From contig NC_057750.1 in the NCBI RefSeq assembly GCF_004010195.1, forward strand, positions 11,817,144 through 11,881,143: a stretch of 64,000 nucleotides of DNA. Reading direction: 5' to 3'. The stretch is from Chiloscyllium plagiosum (taxonomy: Eukaryota). The translations under genes and the position numbers were made by a program. The notes under the pieces are model-generated. The model did not search any database. It had not been told where the DNA came from and worked only from the letters and a program-made list of their open reading frames with translations. This document shows, one piece after another, positions 1 to 11,569 of this stretch (its first letter is position 1; each line of letters starts with the position of its first letter).

Positions 1-354
1 AATATTAAGATGTTTTTATCAATTTGCTTTAAATCCAGAGCGTTCACTTCTTCCTCTTAGTTCAGGTTGAAAATTCAGCCTTTTTACAATCTACGTTCAT
101 AAGGAAATGTCAAATTTGCTTGTTTTCATGTTTTGTCATCTTGATAGCTGCTTAAAGCATCTCAGTCTACCATCCCATCAATTCAGTGAAATTTTCAGAA
201 GGTCAGTTATTTCCCTCTTGTCCAGTTGACAATTTGGTAATGTTTGGTGTGTCAACAATCAAATGACCTTTTGTCTTCCAGCTCTTTGTGGTCATGGCTT
301 GTTTTACCTACTAATATATGTTGGCAATCACTCCCAAATTTATTTCCATTGTAG

Positions 355-450
355 GTGAGAGAAGTTCTTCTGGCCTGATTGAGTGGGATTCAAAGAACGA
401 TGCTATGGAATCGTTGTCTCTGCTGAATCACTATCAAATGAAAAACCCAA
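355..450 (+). CDS. HNRNPL: hnRNP L, penultimate coding exon (RRM4 C-terminal part)
   Basis: tag acceptor and gtatgt donor; encodes ERSSSGLIEWDSKNDAMESLSLLNHYQMKNP, matching vertebrate hnRNP L ERSSSGLLEWESKSDALETLGFLNHYQMKNP. Confidence 0.93.
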
Positions 451-547
451 GTATGTCTTTCTACAAGTCCTTAACTAACTGGGGCTGTCATGGGAGGAAT
501 GAGGCTTGTTTATTTTGGAATAATCGATATTTTGTTCTTCCCCCTAG

Positions 548-606
548 GTGGCCCTTACCCATACACTCTGAAACTCTGCTTCTCCACAGTGCAGCACGCC
601 GCATGA
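548..606 (+). CDS. HNRNPL: hnRNP L, last coding exon
   Basis: cccctag acceptor; (S)GPYPYTLKLCFSTVQHAA-TGA is the hnRNP L C-terminus; phase consistent with the 97-nt intron 451-547. Confidence 0.93.
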
Positions 607-861
607 AAACTCAAAATACTTCAGACAAGATGGACTGCGAGCTGTTCTCCATTATTGTGACTGTTGTATTTTAGTATTTTATGTGAAGTTGATAACTTGC
701 AGTAACCCTTCATTTATGTAAAAGGCATGAGCCACAGTTATATTCCAGTTATTTTTATTTTGGTAGATTTCAGTTTAATCTTTTGTAATCTGTATTGTAG
801 AAGTAAAATGTCCCTTCATTTTTATTAGCTGGGATTTGATGTGATCACAGCACTACAATTG

Positions 862-867
862 AATAAA
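862..867 (+). terminator. Candidate HNRNPL poly(A) signal (a second AATAAA lies at 1684-1689)
   Basis: AATAAA in the AU-rich 3'UTR; usage not provable from sequence. Confidence 0.4.
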
Positions 868-1039
868 TCAACAGTTTAACTGGCATGACTTTTTAAAGAT
901 GTTTTGGGGCATATTGATGATTGAGCTGACATCCTTCAGGTACACCTCTTGAGACGGTTATATTTTGTTTTGATGGATCTGGCTTACTTGTCGCTTCTGT
1001 CTGTTTTTCTCTTTCTGCCCAGTCATTTTCTTAACTCGG

Positions 1040-1165
1040 AAGTCTCACAACACAAGGTTATAGTACAATCAGCTTATTTGAAATTTCGGGTTTATTTCCA
1101 ATCTGTTGGATGACCTGGTGTCCTGTGACTTTGTGCACTCTAGCTCCAACAGTGGCTTCCCCATA
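1040..1165. mobile_element. Degenerate palindromic short element (same family as 2486-2590 and 6745-6856)
   Basis: cacaacacaaggttatagtacaa ... ctgttggatgacctggtgtcctgtga inverted arms. Confidence 0.5.
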
Positions 1166-2485
1166 TTTTCTTAACTAGGTTAATTTTGAATGCCACAGTT
1201 TGTTATGAAGGACATGGACACTTCTGGAAATCTGGACATCCATAGACATTCCCCTGTTTGCTATGTTAAGAATAGTGTCTTCAAAAGAATCCGGTCAGTG
1301 ATTCTGGCAACATGACCAAGCTTTCTCCAGTCAGTTGAAATTTAAGGTGTTCAGTTGCTCTATGCTAAGAAAGACTCTTAATTCCTTGTCAACAGACTGA
1401 AAATTAATGCAATATTGTCAAAGGGCCCAATTATGTCTGACCTTTTTTAATTTCTTAATGTACAAGGTTTTTTGATTTGGTACCCCTGACAAATTTTTCT
1501 AACTCTTGTCTTTTGCTAGGAATGTTTCTTAACTATTGCTGTATTTTTTAACAAGTGGCACTCTCCTTGTTGTAAATGGTTGTTGCAGATCATTTTTTTT
1601 TTACACCTACTGACCTGTTTTATCCATTAACAGATTGGTCTTGCCATTTTTAACTAAAACTGCCCCTTGTCTCTCTCTCTTTAAATAAATCTAGGTTCTC
1701 AATTTATTCACAGTTGCCCATTTCAAGGACTGATTTTTGATCATCTGATTTGCTTACAGATAAATATTCACATTGTTTAATCTGACTTTGTGTGGCTGAT
1801 TTGGCAGGTCCCATTTGATTAGTTTACTTTTATATTTAAAAGTTAAATGCTTCCCATTAAAACCCATCTGGCTTTGCTATTTGTTTTTTAATTTTAATCT
1901 CAGCAATTATGCAAGCTGTGTCACAGCAACAATCAGCCTTGTACAACAGTGCTCCAAGTCTTTGTAGAAGTAGGAAATGGGGAAAAGATTTCTAAGTTTC
2001 CACTCCGTGTTGTGATTTATTTCTTTTAAAAGTGTTCCTCCCTGTTTGATGTGTCCTTATCCTGTTGACCTTGCAGCCAGATCCACACACAGCACCCAGT
2101 CCTGGCTGTCTCTCTGCTAAACCTTTGCAACAGTAACCATTCACATGCTCCCAAGTTTAATTTTATGCTTACAATTGATCCATCTGACACTGCAATTTAA
2201 TAATCATCAATTTAACCAGTGGGAAATCCACTAACGTCAATAGTCTGAGCCAGTAGAATAGGATTTTGAATAATGTTGATTCCTCCAAGTGTCAGACAGA
2301 CAAGCAGTTTGTCTAACTGGGATGTTTGTTTATATTTAACTAGTAGTGACTATTTGCCAGTGCTGCCCAGTAATGATTGGTTACATGGGGACATAACTCC
2401 TTTTGAACTGAGTGCAGTGGTGTCTCTTTTGTTTAATGTCATCCAACAACTTCACTTTGTGACTTCTTGGTAGCCATGATTTAGA

Positions 2486-2590
2486 GATGCCAGTGTTGGA
2501 CTGAGGTACAAAGTTTAAAAATCACACAACACCAGGTTGTGCTTCCACTCTGTTGGACTATAACCTGGTGTTGTGATTTTTAACTTCTTT
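2486..2590. mobile_element. Palindromic short interspersed element, probably PLE-derived
   Basis: aaaatcacacaacaccaggtt ... aacctggtgttgtgattttt inverted arms; gtagcca repeated on both sides. Confidence 0.55.
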
Positions 2591-2812
2591 TGTAGCCAGT
2601 TAGGTACCATGGCATCACCTTGTGGCCACTTGCTAAATGTCCCATTTCCCCCCCCCCCCCCCCCCCAGGTAATTTGGACAAGGTTTAAATTTAAATTCTA
2701 AATGCCCTAATTTCATCCATCCTGAAAAGCTAGTTTTGTGCATGCCATTTTGGCTCAATTCCCTATTGCACCACTTCTCTTGGCACCATCCCGTGAGAGC
2801 ACAGGTGATGTC

Positions 2813-2985
2813 TGTAAGACCATAAGACAGGAGTGGAAGTAAGGCCATTTGGCCCATCGAGTCCACTCCACCATTCAATCATGGCTGATGGGCATTTCAA
2901 CTCCACTTACCCGCATTCTCTCCGTAGCCCTTTAAATTCTTGATGTCACAAGGAAATATCAATCTCTGCCTTGAAGACATTTATC
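2813..2985 (-). mobile_element. CR1-type LINE 3' end fragment
   Basis: Nearly the same sequence as 40951-41120, including the CCATAAGA-type tail. Confidence 0.75.
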
Positions 2986-3099
2986 TTCATGTCACCTGCC
3001 CTTCTGCTGCCTCATTCAGGGTGACTGTGATTTGCATATTCTAGAATCACTGCTCTGTACTACAGACACCAAGTGAGAATTAGGTGAGCATTTTCGGAG

Positions 3100-3600
3100 T
3101 CCAAGAGATGTACAGCATGGAAACAGACCCTTCGGTCCAACCCGTCCATGCCTATTTACTCTATCCATGCCCCTCATAATTTTGTAAACCTCTATAAGGT
3201 CACCCCTCAGCCTCCGATGCTCCAGGGAAAACAGCCCCACCTGTTCAGCCTCTCCCAATAGCTCAAATCCTCCAACCCTAGCATCATCCTTAAATCTTTT
3301 CTGAACCCTTTCAAGTTTCACAACGTCCTTCTGATTGGAAGGAGACCAGAATTGCATGCAATATTCCAACAGTGGCTTAACCAATGTCCTGTACAGCTGC
3401 AACATTACCTCCCAATTCTTGTATTCAATACTCTGACCAATAAAGGAAAGCATACCAAACACCACCTTTACTATCCTATCTACCTGTGACTCCACTTTCA
3501 AGGAGCTATGAACCTGTACTCCAAGGTCTCATTGTTCAGCAACACTCCCTAGGACCTTACCATTCAGTGTATAAGTCATGCTAAGATTTGCTTTCCCAAA
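3100..3600 (-). mobile_element. CR1-type (HER1-like) LINE ORF2 3' fragment
   Basis: LYRTLVKPLLEYCMQFWSP ... RRLRGDLIEVYKIM motif of the CR1 ORF2 C-terminus. Confidence 0.85.
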
Positions 3601-6169
3601 TTTTGCAGAGATTTCAGCCTACGAGTGCAACCCTTAGCTTCCAGATGTAGACCGTTTCTATTTTGATCTCTGGCCTCAAACAGCTAATGAACGTTGCCTA
3701 TAAATTCAAGGAATAGCACTTTTAATGAATCGCGTTACAGATATGTGGACTAAAATGAGTTCAGCAGTTTGCATAACTGGTTCAAAATGTTCTGACAATT
3801 AATAGTTCTGCTTTCACATACACACGCTCTCTAATTTTATCTAATCACAACTATCTGTACCTTTTGTCACTTAAGCTCTTCTGTCTTCCACTTTCTTGCA
3901 GATTTTCCCTTCGATATTTCATACCAACTTTCTCAGCTTCTGTACTTATTTAAAGCATATATTTCTAGTATTTTCTCATTCTGCCAAAAGTCCTATCAAC
4001 GTAAAATGCTAACATACTTCTTTCCATTGAAGAAGAAACACTAGACTATTTGGGATTGCTCTATCCTTCCAATACAATCACAGCTGATTCAAGCCTCTAC
4101 CTTTTTCGTTTCTCCTTCCAGCTTCCTCAATTGCCTGCATATCCAAAATTTAATGAGCCATGAACATACTGAATGTTAACAGCCCTTTGGAGGAGTTGCA
4201 GCTGCAGGATAGCACCTGTATTGTGATTTCTGGTTGATTACAATAAGAGCTTTGAAGACCATAAGAGACCGGAACAGAAGTAGGCTATTCAGTCCATTGA
4301 GTCTGTTCCACTCTTCAATGATGCATGGGTTTTCTCTGGTTTCTTTCCACAATCCAAACATGTGCAGATTAGATGAATTAGTTGCGCTAAATTGCCTAGC
4401 ATGTTCAGGAATCTGTAGATTAGGTGCATTAGTCGGGGAAATATGGAGCAATGAGGTAGGGGAATGGGTCTGGGTGGGCCAAATAACCTGTTTCCACACT
4501 AGGGACTCCATGACATCATGGCAGATCTGATCATCTTCAACTCCCCTTTCCTCAATTTTCTCCAATACACGATTTCCTTAGTGATTTGTTTTTGTTTTTA
4601 AAAAAGTCTCTGCCTCAAATGTACTTAATGGCCCAGCCTCGGTCATAGAGATGTACAGCATGGAAACAGACCCTATTCCATTTGGCTCACTACCCTCACA
4701 TTAAATTACTAATCTCTACCCTTTTCCACATCTCAACTCCCCTAAGAATCTTGTACATTCTAATGAGTACAAGCTTCACACATTCAACCTCAAGATAATT
4801 CCCTTCATACCCCAGAACAACCTTGTGAGCCTACTCTGAATTGGCTCCAATGCCAGTATATCTTTTCTTGGATATGAGAGCTAAAGCTGCTCACTGTATT
4901 CAAGTGAGCTGATCACTACCTTGTGTTGGTTCGCCAAGACTTCCATATTTTTATAATCCATTGCATTTGATGTAAAGCTCCTTTTATTACAATATCCCAT
5001 CAGGGCGAGAAGTAGAGTAAATCTCATTTCCAGTTGAAGATACTCTTGTTGCAATTCATACTCATATTCAACTTGTGTTTTCCTGGAACTTTTGAATTCT
5101 TTTACTTAATTGCTTAACTCTTTTAAACATTTTGGGCTTTTTTTTTCAATCTTGCACTTCCACACACTTTTGAACTTATTTTGCTCAATGGAAGCTTTTC
5201 TAAGCATCTTTTTCCACTTGTTTACTGTTAAACTTTTCTCAGATTTTTCTCAATGTATAAGCTGCTTGTTTTGTTTTTAAATTTATTCATTTGCATTATA
5301 CCTCCTTGCTTGTTTTGACAATTTTTATCTGTTTTAGCATTTTCCCAGCATTTTTATTGCATTTTGAAATCTCCTGACTTTCCATGTTGGAACATTTTCA
5401 TTTTATGTAGAAAAGTGGAGGTCCTTTTGAACCTGCTGTGTTACTTAAATATGATCGTGGCTGATCATCTAACTCCATATCATGCCATTTTGTATCCTTT
5501 AGCTCTGTGAACTATGCTGGCTCCTTAAACATTCGATGTTTTGGCCTCTGCTGCTGTCTGCACATAAACAGCAATATAACTTTTCGCATTGTACTCCTTT
5601 TTGCTTTCCAAGATTTTGTAAATGTTTTCCTGACAGTTCAGTCTTTGAATTTGATATTAAATTTTCCTCACTTTGCTTGTTGATTTTACTTTCTTTCAAT
5701 GTTGCATTTTTTCTTTTATTTTTGATGCATTTTATCAATTTTCTCAGTGAATTAGGGCAGTGAAAACGCACTTCCCCTTGAGCAACTCCTCTCACTGTCT
5801 CCAATTAAAGGGATTGGATGTGGGTCCCAGTATACTTGGTTTGTAGGTATATTTGTAGGATATGTAGAACATTTGTACTCGAGGCACCCTTTCCCATCTC
5901 CTTCATCAGTACATAGATAACTGCGTTATTGCTACTTCCTGATCTTGTCCAGAATTGAAAAAATGTTACTTTCAATATGCATTCTTAACTTGGTCTATCT
6001 CTGCTTCTTCCCTTTTCTTCCATGACATCTGTTTCCATTTCTGGAGATAAGCTGTGCAGTTAAATCCATTCCGAATTTACTGACTTCCCACAGTCACCTT
6101 GACTGTCACACTCCATGTAATGTGAACATGCAGTTCACCTAGATTCACTGTTGCATCTGTATGATGAGG

Positions 6170-6470
6170 TTAAAGGATGGGCTTAGTACTGCTGCCTTGC
6201 AGCACTAGAAACCAGGGTTCAATTCCACACTTGGGTGACTCTGCAAACTCCATATAGATATACTCACTGTCTGTGTGGGTTTCCTCACACAGGCCAAAGA
6301 TGTGTAGATTAGGGGGATTGGCCATGCTAAATTGCCCATAGCCAGCACATCTCTGGACACTAGGTGGATTAGCCATGGGAAATTACAGGGCCACAGTGCT
6401 TTGGTAGAGGGAGGATCTGTGTGGACCTGATGGGTGAATGGCCTGCAATTACACAAAGGATTCTATGTTA
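6170..6470 (+). mobile_element. Older V-SINE (HE1-like) copy
   Basis: tRNA-like head, gtgggtttcct core, ggccatgctaaattgccc motif. Confidence 0.7.
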
Positions 6471-6744
6471 TGTTCTTCAACTAGGGTTCTTTGCTCCTCT
6501 GTGCTCCATCACTTAACACATCCTCATTTCAATTCTTTCCTACCCTCTCACCCCCACACGTCAGGCAATTGCCTCTTGCCATCTCACTGTCCGAGACCCA
6601 AACACACATTGCAGCTGAAGCCCATCAATCCAGTCTTCTGTCTTTCATGCTTACATGCGGACCTCTATATTGGTGAGACCGAATGCAGACTTGGTGAATG
6701 TTAGTAGAACACTTCCCCTCGAAGAATGACTCTGCACTTCTATG

Positions 6745-6856
6745 ATGTGGAGGAGCCAGTGCTGGACTGGGGTGGACAAAGTTAAAAATCACAACAGGTT
6801 ATAGTCCAAATAAACCTGTTGGACTATAACTTGGTGTGTGATTTTTAACTCTGTAC
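6745..6856. mobile_element. Palindromic short element
   Basis: gttaaaaatcacaacaggttatagtccaa ... ttggactataacttggtgtgtgatttttaac inverted arms. Confidence 0.6.
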
Positions 6857-7123
6857 TTGCAATCACGTGCCTTTTCAAACACCACCTTGCTCATTCTAAC
6901 ACTGCTGCAGCCAGAGGAACAGAACCTCATTTTCCACTTGCATTACAACGTTCAAGACTCCACAATGAGTTTAACAACTTGCATCCGTTTTGCTGATCAC
7001 TTTTTTTCCCCTTCGCTAACCCTATGCTGTAATTATCCATTTCCTGTCATTAACATTGCCATTTACTCTCGGAGACACGTTCACTCCTCTCTCTACCTCG
7101 TATCTCTCGGATGGCTTGTGTGG

Positions 7124-7562
7124 TACTATGCTGCGGTGACACTGCCGGGCCGCGGGCGGCGCAATACTCTACTTGCAGTGACTCCGCCTGGCTATGGGTA
7201 GCGCTATTGTCTACTTGCGGTGACTATTGGGCCACGTGATCTACTTGCAATGACTCCGCCTGGCCATGGGCAGCGCTATTGTCTACTTGCGGTGACTATT
7301 GGGCCGCGTGATCTACTTGCAATGACTCCGCCTGGCCATAGGCAGCGCTATTGTCTACTTGCGGTGACTGCTGGGCCGGCGGCGGCGCTGTGGCATACTT
7401 GCAGTGATACTCATGGGCCACGGGCAGGCGGCGCTATGCCTTACTTGCGGTGACCACCGGGCTGTGGGCGGCGCTATGCCTTACTTGCGGTGACCGCCGG
7501 GCTGTGGGCGGTGCTGTACTCTAGTTGCGGTGATACTGCCCGGCCGCGGGAGGCGCTGTAGG
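7124..7562 (+). repeat. GC-rich minisatellite, about 11 units of 30-46 bp, directly upstream of the ECH1 ATG
   Basis: Core ctacttgcRRtgac at about 7127, 7169, 7211, 7241, 7283, 7313, 7355, 7395, 7441, 7481, 7521; 72-bp (42+30) higher-order period in 7169-7370. Confidence 0.9.
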
Positions 7563-7593
7563 CGGGATTGTCTCCAGGTCGCTGTCGGGGCCG

Positions 7594-7630
7594 ATGGCTG
7601 GTCTTCTGGTCGGTGGAGCACGGAGGAGCT
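7594..7630 (+). CDS. ECH1: ECH1 exon 1 (start of presequence, MAGLLVGGARRS)
   Basis: ATG in the CpG island; gtgagt donor at 7631; phase 1 joins exon 2 in frame (T+GT=Cys). Confidence 0.8.
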
Positions 7631-7831
7631 GTGAGTGTGGCTTCTTGGGGGAGCGCGGGAAGGGGTTGTGTCCGGTTCGGGGGGGGGTCGGGCTCGGCTC
7701 GGCTCGGCTCGGCTCGGCTAAGTTTGTCCCGGGGAGGAGTGGACGTAAGTTTTAGATGAGGTGCCGGGAAGCCTTCGGTACTGAATGATATCCGTGTAAG
7801 TGGGAAAGTATCCCTGGATTTGGGGTTCAAT

Positions 7832-8010
7832 CATAGAATCCCTACAGTGCGGAAAGAGGCCGTTCGGCCCACCCAGCCAATTCCGACCCTCTAAAGAGAA
7901 TCCCATTCAGACCCACCCCTGCATTCCAATGGCCAATCCACTTAATCCACACATTCCCTAGACACTGTGGGCAATTTCTCATGACCAATCCACCTAACTT
8001 GCTGATCTCT
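7832..8010 (-). mobile_element. V-SINE 3' part
   Basis: catagaatccctacagtg..ggccgttcggccc tail, reverse orientation. Confidence 0.65.
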
Positions 8011-8019
8011 GGATTTACA

Positions 8020-8612
8020 TTAGATTAGATTAGATTAGGTTAGGTTAGATTAGATCCTACAGTGTGGAAACAGGCCCTTCGGCCCAACCAGTGTGGGCGG
8101 CACGGTGGCACAGTGGTTAGCACTGCTGCCTCACAGCGCCAGAGACCCGGGTTCAATTCCCGCCTCAGGCGACTGACTGTGTGGAGTTTGCACATTCTCC
8201 CCGTGTCTGCGTGGGTTTCCTCCGGGTGCTCCGGTTTCCTCCCACAGTACAAAGATGTGCAGGTCAGGTGAATTGGCCATGCTAAATTGCCCGTAGTGTT
8301 AGGTAAGGGGTAGATGTAGGGGTATGAGTGGGTTGCGCTTCGGTGGGGCAGTGTGGACTTGTTGGGCCGAAGGGCCTGTTTCCACACTGTAAGTAATCTA
8401 ATCTAATCTAATCTAATCTAATCTAGTCCACACCGACCCTCCGAAGAGCAACCCACCCAGACCCAGTTCCCCTGATTAATGCACCAAACACTATAGGCAA
8501 TTTAGCATGGCCAATTCACTTGACCTGCACATCTTTGGTCTGGAAACCCACCCAGACATGGGGAGAACAGGGAACCTCCACACAGTCACCTGAGGTTGGA
8601 ATTAAACCCAGC
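8020..8612 (-). mobile_element. V-SINE (HE1-like) host copy, interrupted by the + strand copy
   Basis: Tail at 8020-8092 resumes as gtccacaccgaccct at 8426. Confidence 0.8.
8095..8425 (+). mobile_element. Young full-length tRNA-derived V-SINE (HE1 family of elasmobranchs)
   Basis: A/B-box head ggtggcacagtggttagc..gggttcaattccc; V core tgtgtggagtttgcacattctccccgtgtctgcgtgggtttcctcc; CR1-like tail ending in (TAATC)n. Confidence 0.9.
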
Positions 8613-9189
8613 ACTCTGCTTGTCGATGTGGGCAAAAACTACGAACTGCAGTAAATACTCCATGATCTGGGTTACTATACAGTGGGAGGGGCAGCAGGAA
8701 TTTAACTGCTGCCTGCTAGCATCCAGCAGTTGGTCAAAGTTGAAATTCTTGACTTGCAGCTTTCCTAGTAACTATAGAATCTCAACCTCCCTCAACATTC
8801 ACTCCCTGGACAATAATGAGCAAGGCCCACCATCCACAAGTCACAAGCCAGGAGTGAGAGGGAATACTCCCCATTTGCCTGGACGGGTGCTGCTCCAAAA
8901 CACTCAAGAAGCTCAACACCATCCAGGACAAAGCAGCCTGCTAGATTGGCACTACATCCACTCTATTCGCCACTGACAATCAGTAACAGAGGTCTGTATC
9001 ATTTATGAAATGCACTGCTGCAAATCTTCTAGACTCCTATGACTGCAACTTCCAAATCCACATCCCTTGCAAATTCCCTTCAAAGCCACAAACCTCCCAA
9101 ACTTGGAAACGTATTTTTGTTTCTTCTGTGTCACTGGGTTTGAAATCAGTGTCCCTACACCACACATGGACTACAGTGGTTCAAGAATG

Positions 9190-9797
9190 TGTGACAGTGC
9201 TATGGCTTTAAGATGTTATTTGTCCTGGTTTCTTTTAAGAGAGAGATTGAACGAGGGCACTCTATTCAAGTTAACACTACTTGAATAAACAAGTTGAGTA
9301 GCCTTTGGGTTTTTTTTAACACCATGAATAGGTGTCGCCAGCTCTCTCAGATCGTGATTTCTGGGTTTTGGTTTCTCAGTAGCATTAGAAGCTGTTAGGG
9401 TCTCAACAGAGTTGGAAGCTTCAGTGAATATCTCCTGGCTGCTACTCTCTTTGAACTTTCTCTTGACGTTTCTTTCCTCCTGGATTGGAGAACTGCATGT
9501 GAGATTCTGTGTCTGAATTTGCCTTTTCACCAAGGCAAAGTTTCTGGGAAGTCAATTGTATTGGAACAGTTAATTAGTAATAGTTACCATATCTATTATT
9601 TGGTTAAGTTTTCCAATAGAGTTAAGTTATTTTTTTTTTCTTTTGTTTAAATAAATTGGTTTTGCTTAATGTTGAGTAGTGCGACCAGTTGCATTGCATC
9701 TGGAACATGATACTTTGCATCTACCTTTAAAATAAGAAAACTAAAAGGTCTAAGGTACCTTAAAATATTTTGAGCAGGTTTGGTCTGATCCATAGCA
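9190..9797 (+). mobile_element. Solo LTR (Gypsy-type) inserted into an old LINE tail
   Basis: TG...CA ends (tgtgac...catagca) and internal AATAAA; splits the host motif ggttcaagaa|ggcaRctcacc (intact at about 17880); degenerate 4-bp TSD aatg/cagg. Confidence 0.6.
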
Positions 9798-11166
9798 CAG
9801 GCAACTCACCACCACCTTCAGGGCATTTAGGGATGGGCAATAAATATTGGCCAGCCAGCAATGCTTAAATAAATAAATACTAGCTGGTTTTATACTGATA
9901 TCACAGTCTTAATTGGAACTGGGCAAATGTGGTTGGATTTCCTGTCACAAATTTATTCCTTCGCCATTGCATCTTTGCACCAGAGTGGAATTTGGGATTA
10001 TGATGAAACCAGGAAACCTGTTGGGATCGAATTCCCAGCTTCAGTTGCTCTGCATCAATGTTGTAAAAAAAGAACTTGCAGTTACAGTACATCTCATGAT
10101 AATTAAATGTCTCAAAGACCTGAAAGAGCCTGTGTTTTTTGTCTCATCTAAACTGTGTACACACTGACAATGCAGCAATCCCAACATACTGCATTGGAAT
10201 GACGGCTTTGATTTCTCTCAAGCCCTGGCGTGGATTTTAAATTTGGTGACTTACTCAGAAAAAAGTCTTCCTCCTCCTCATTCCACCCTCCTTTCCATAT
10301 CCATGAGATTTTGCTCCTCGTCTGTGCCATTGCAACACTTATCAGAACAACAGCGTCCAAATGGCACAGAGTCCGTGCGCTGTGAATGATGTAATCCTGG
10401 ACAACAATCGATTAAATAAAGTGTGTTATCAGAGTGAAGCCACAAAACTGTACCTAAATGATGTAGGAAAGAACAGGTTCTCTAATCTAATTCCACCGTT
10501 CCTATGTCGTCATTTTAAGCCCTAACAACATCCAGAATACGAGGGAAAATTCTGATTCTGCAGGTTTGGAAATTAGGCTTGATTGAGGATGGCAAAAGTG
10601 AGCTTCTTAGGTGAATTGTCAGATATTCAATGGTTCTGGAAAGAGAAATCCTTCCCTCTATCTTGCTCCACCTATCTACCATATTCCCATGAGTTAGAGT
10701 TACATACTACCTCTGCTAATTGTCTCAGACCTCACTCTTTCTCTGACTTAGGACATCTTACTTATCACAGGATCTCTTCCTGCCTACACCACAATACTGC
10801 CTCAGCTGCCCCAAGACACCCCTGTCCGCTCCATGACCCTTACCAGTCTGCCCCAGTACGACTCTTTGTTTGTTCCAAGATACCCCCATCCATTCATTGA
10901 CCTTTCCCCGTCTGCCTTGATGCATTGCTGTCTGCTCAAGACCCTTCCCTGTCTATCCTGAGATACTGCAGTGTTCTCCAGGATTCCTCCTTTTCTGCCG
11001 ATTGTCCTGTTCTCTGGTTTCCAGCTTCCCCAAGCCCTGACTGCAGTTTGAGACTACTACGCGAAGCTAAGTACAGAAACAAATGTGGGTGCAAGTGTTT
11101 GCACTTTGGGGACTAAGTGCACAAGTTTCTATTCGGGTTTTATTACACTTCCGATCACCCTTGCAG

Positions 11167-11332
11167 GTCGAGGCCTGTTCCAAACGTTGCAAATTGGAAT
11201 ACGGACAATGTCTGCTGCTGTGGCCTCATACGATTTTGAGACTCTGCATGTCTCGCAACCAAGAGACAGTGTGCTGCATGTGGAATTGAACAGACCTAAC
11301 AAGAGGAATGCAATGAATCATACCCTTTGGAG
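11167..11332 (+). CDS. ECH1: ECH1 exon 2
   Basis: ttgcag acceptor; RGLFQTLQIGIRTMSAAVASYDFETLHVSQPRDSVLHVELNRPNKRNAMNHTLW(R); crotonase LNRPNKRNAM motif. Confidence 0.95.
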
Positions 11333-11569
11333 GTGATTGCAAATTTTACCGAATAATGTTTAAGAATGAGTAACACTGATCTACTCTTGGTCAGAGGGAA
11401 TGCCTGTTTCAATACCGTTAAAGAGCCCTCTCGTTTACCTTTGATTCATTGCAGATTAAAGAGACTTATTGATGTAACAAGGCCTACAGACCAGATGACA
11501 ATAGGCTAAGTCTTTAGTCTATGTTGCTTGAGCATTGTTCCCAATGCTATGATCATTGTCACACCCCAC

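Larger units (their letters stand above)
7124..7800 (+). promoter_or_regulatory. CpG-rich ECH1 promoter / exon 1 region
   Basis: CpG-rich patch in a CpG-depleted background, surrounding the ECH1 ATG; (CTCGG)n at about 7693-7719. Confidence 0.75.

Noticed and set aside
318..674. 118-aa ORF as a single gene
   Set aside because: It reads through intron sequence; the real CDS is two spliced HNRNPL exons.
7124..7562. CRISPR-like array (conserved core with variable spacers)
   Set aside because: The spacers are homologous to each other, the context is a vertebrate promoter, and there are no cas genes; it is a minisatellite.
8095..8165. tRNA gene
   Set aside because: It is the tRNA-derived head of a multicopy V-SINE and continues into the SINE core.
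8040..8387. Recurrent ORFs MWKQALRPNK... (also 54227 and 59946)
   Set aside because: Antisense readings of SINE copies, not a protein family.
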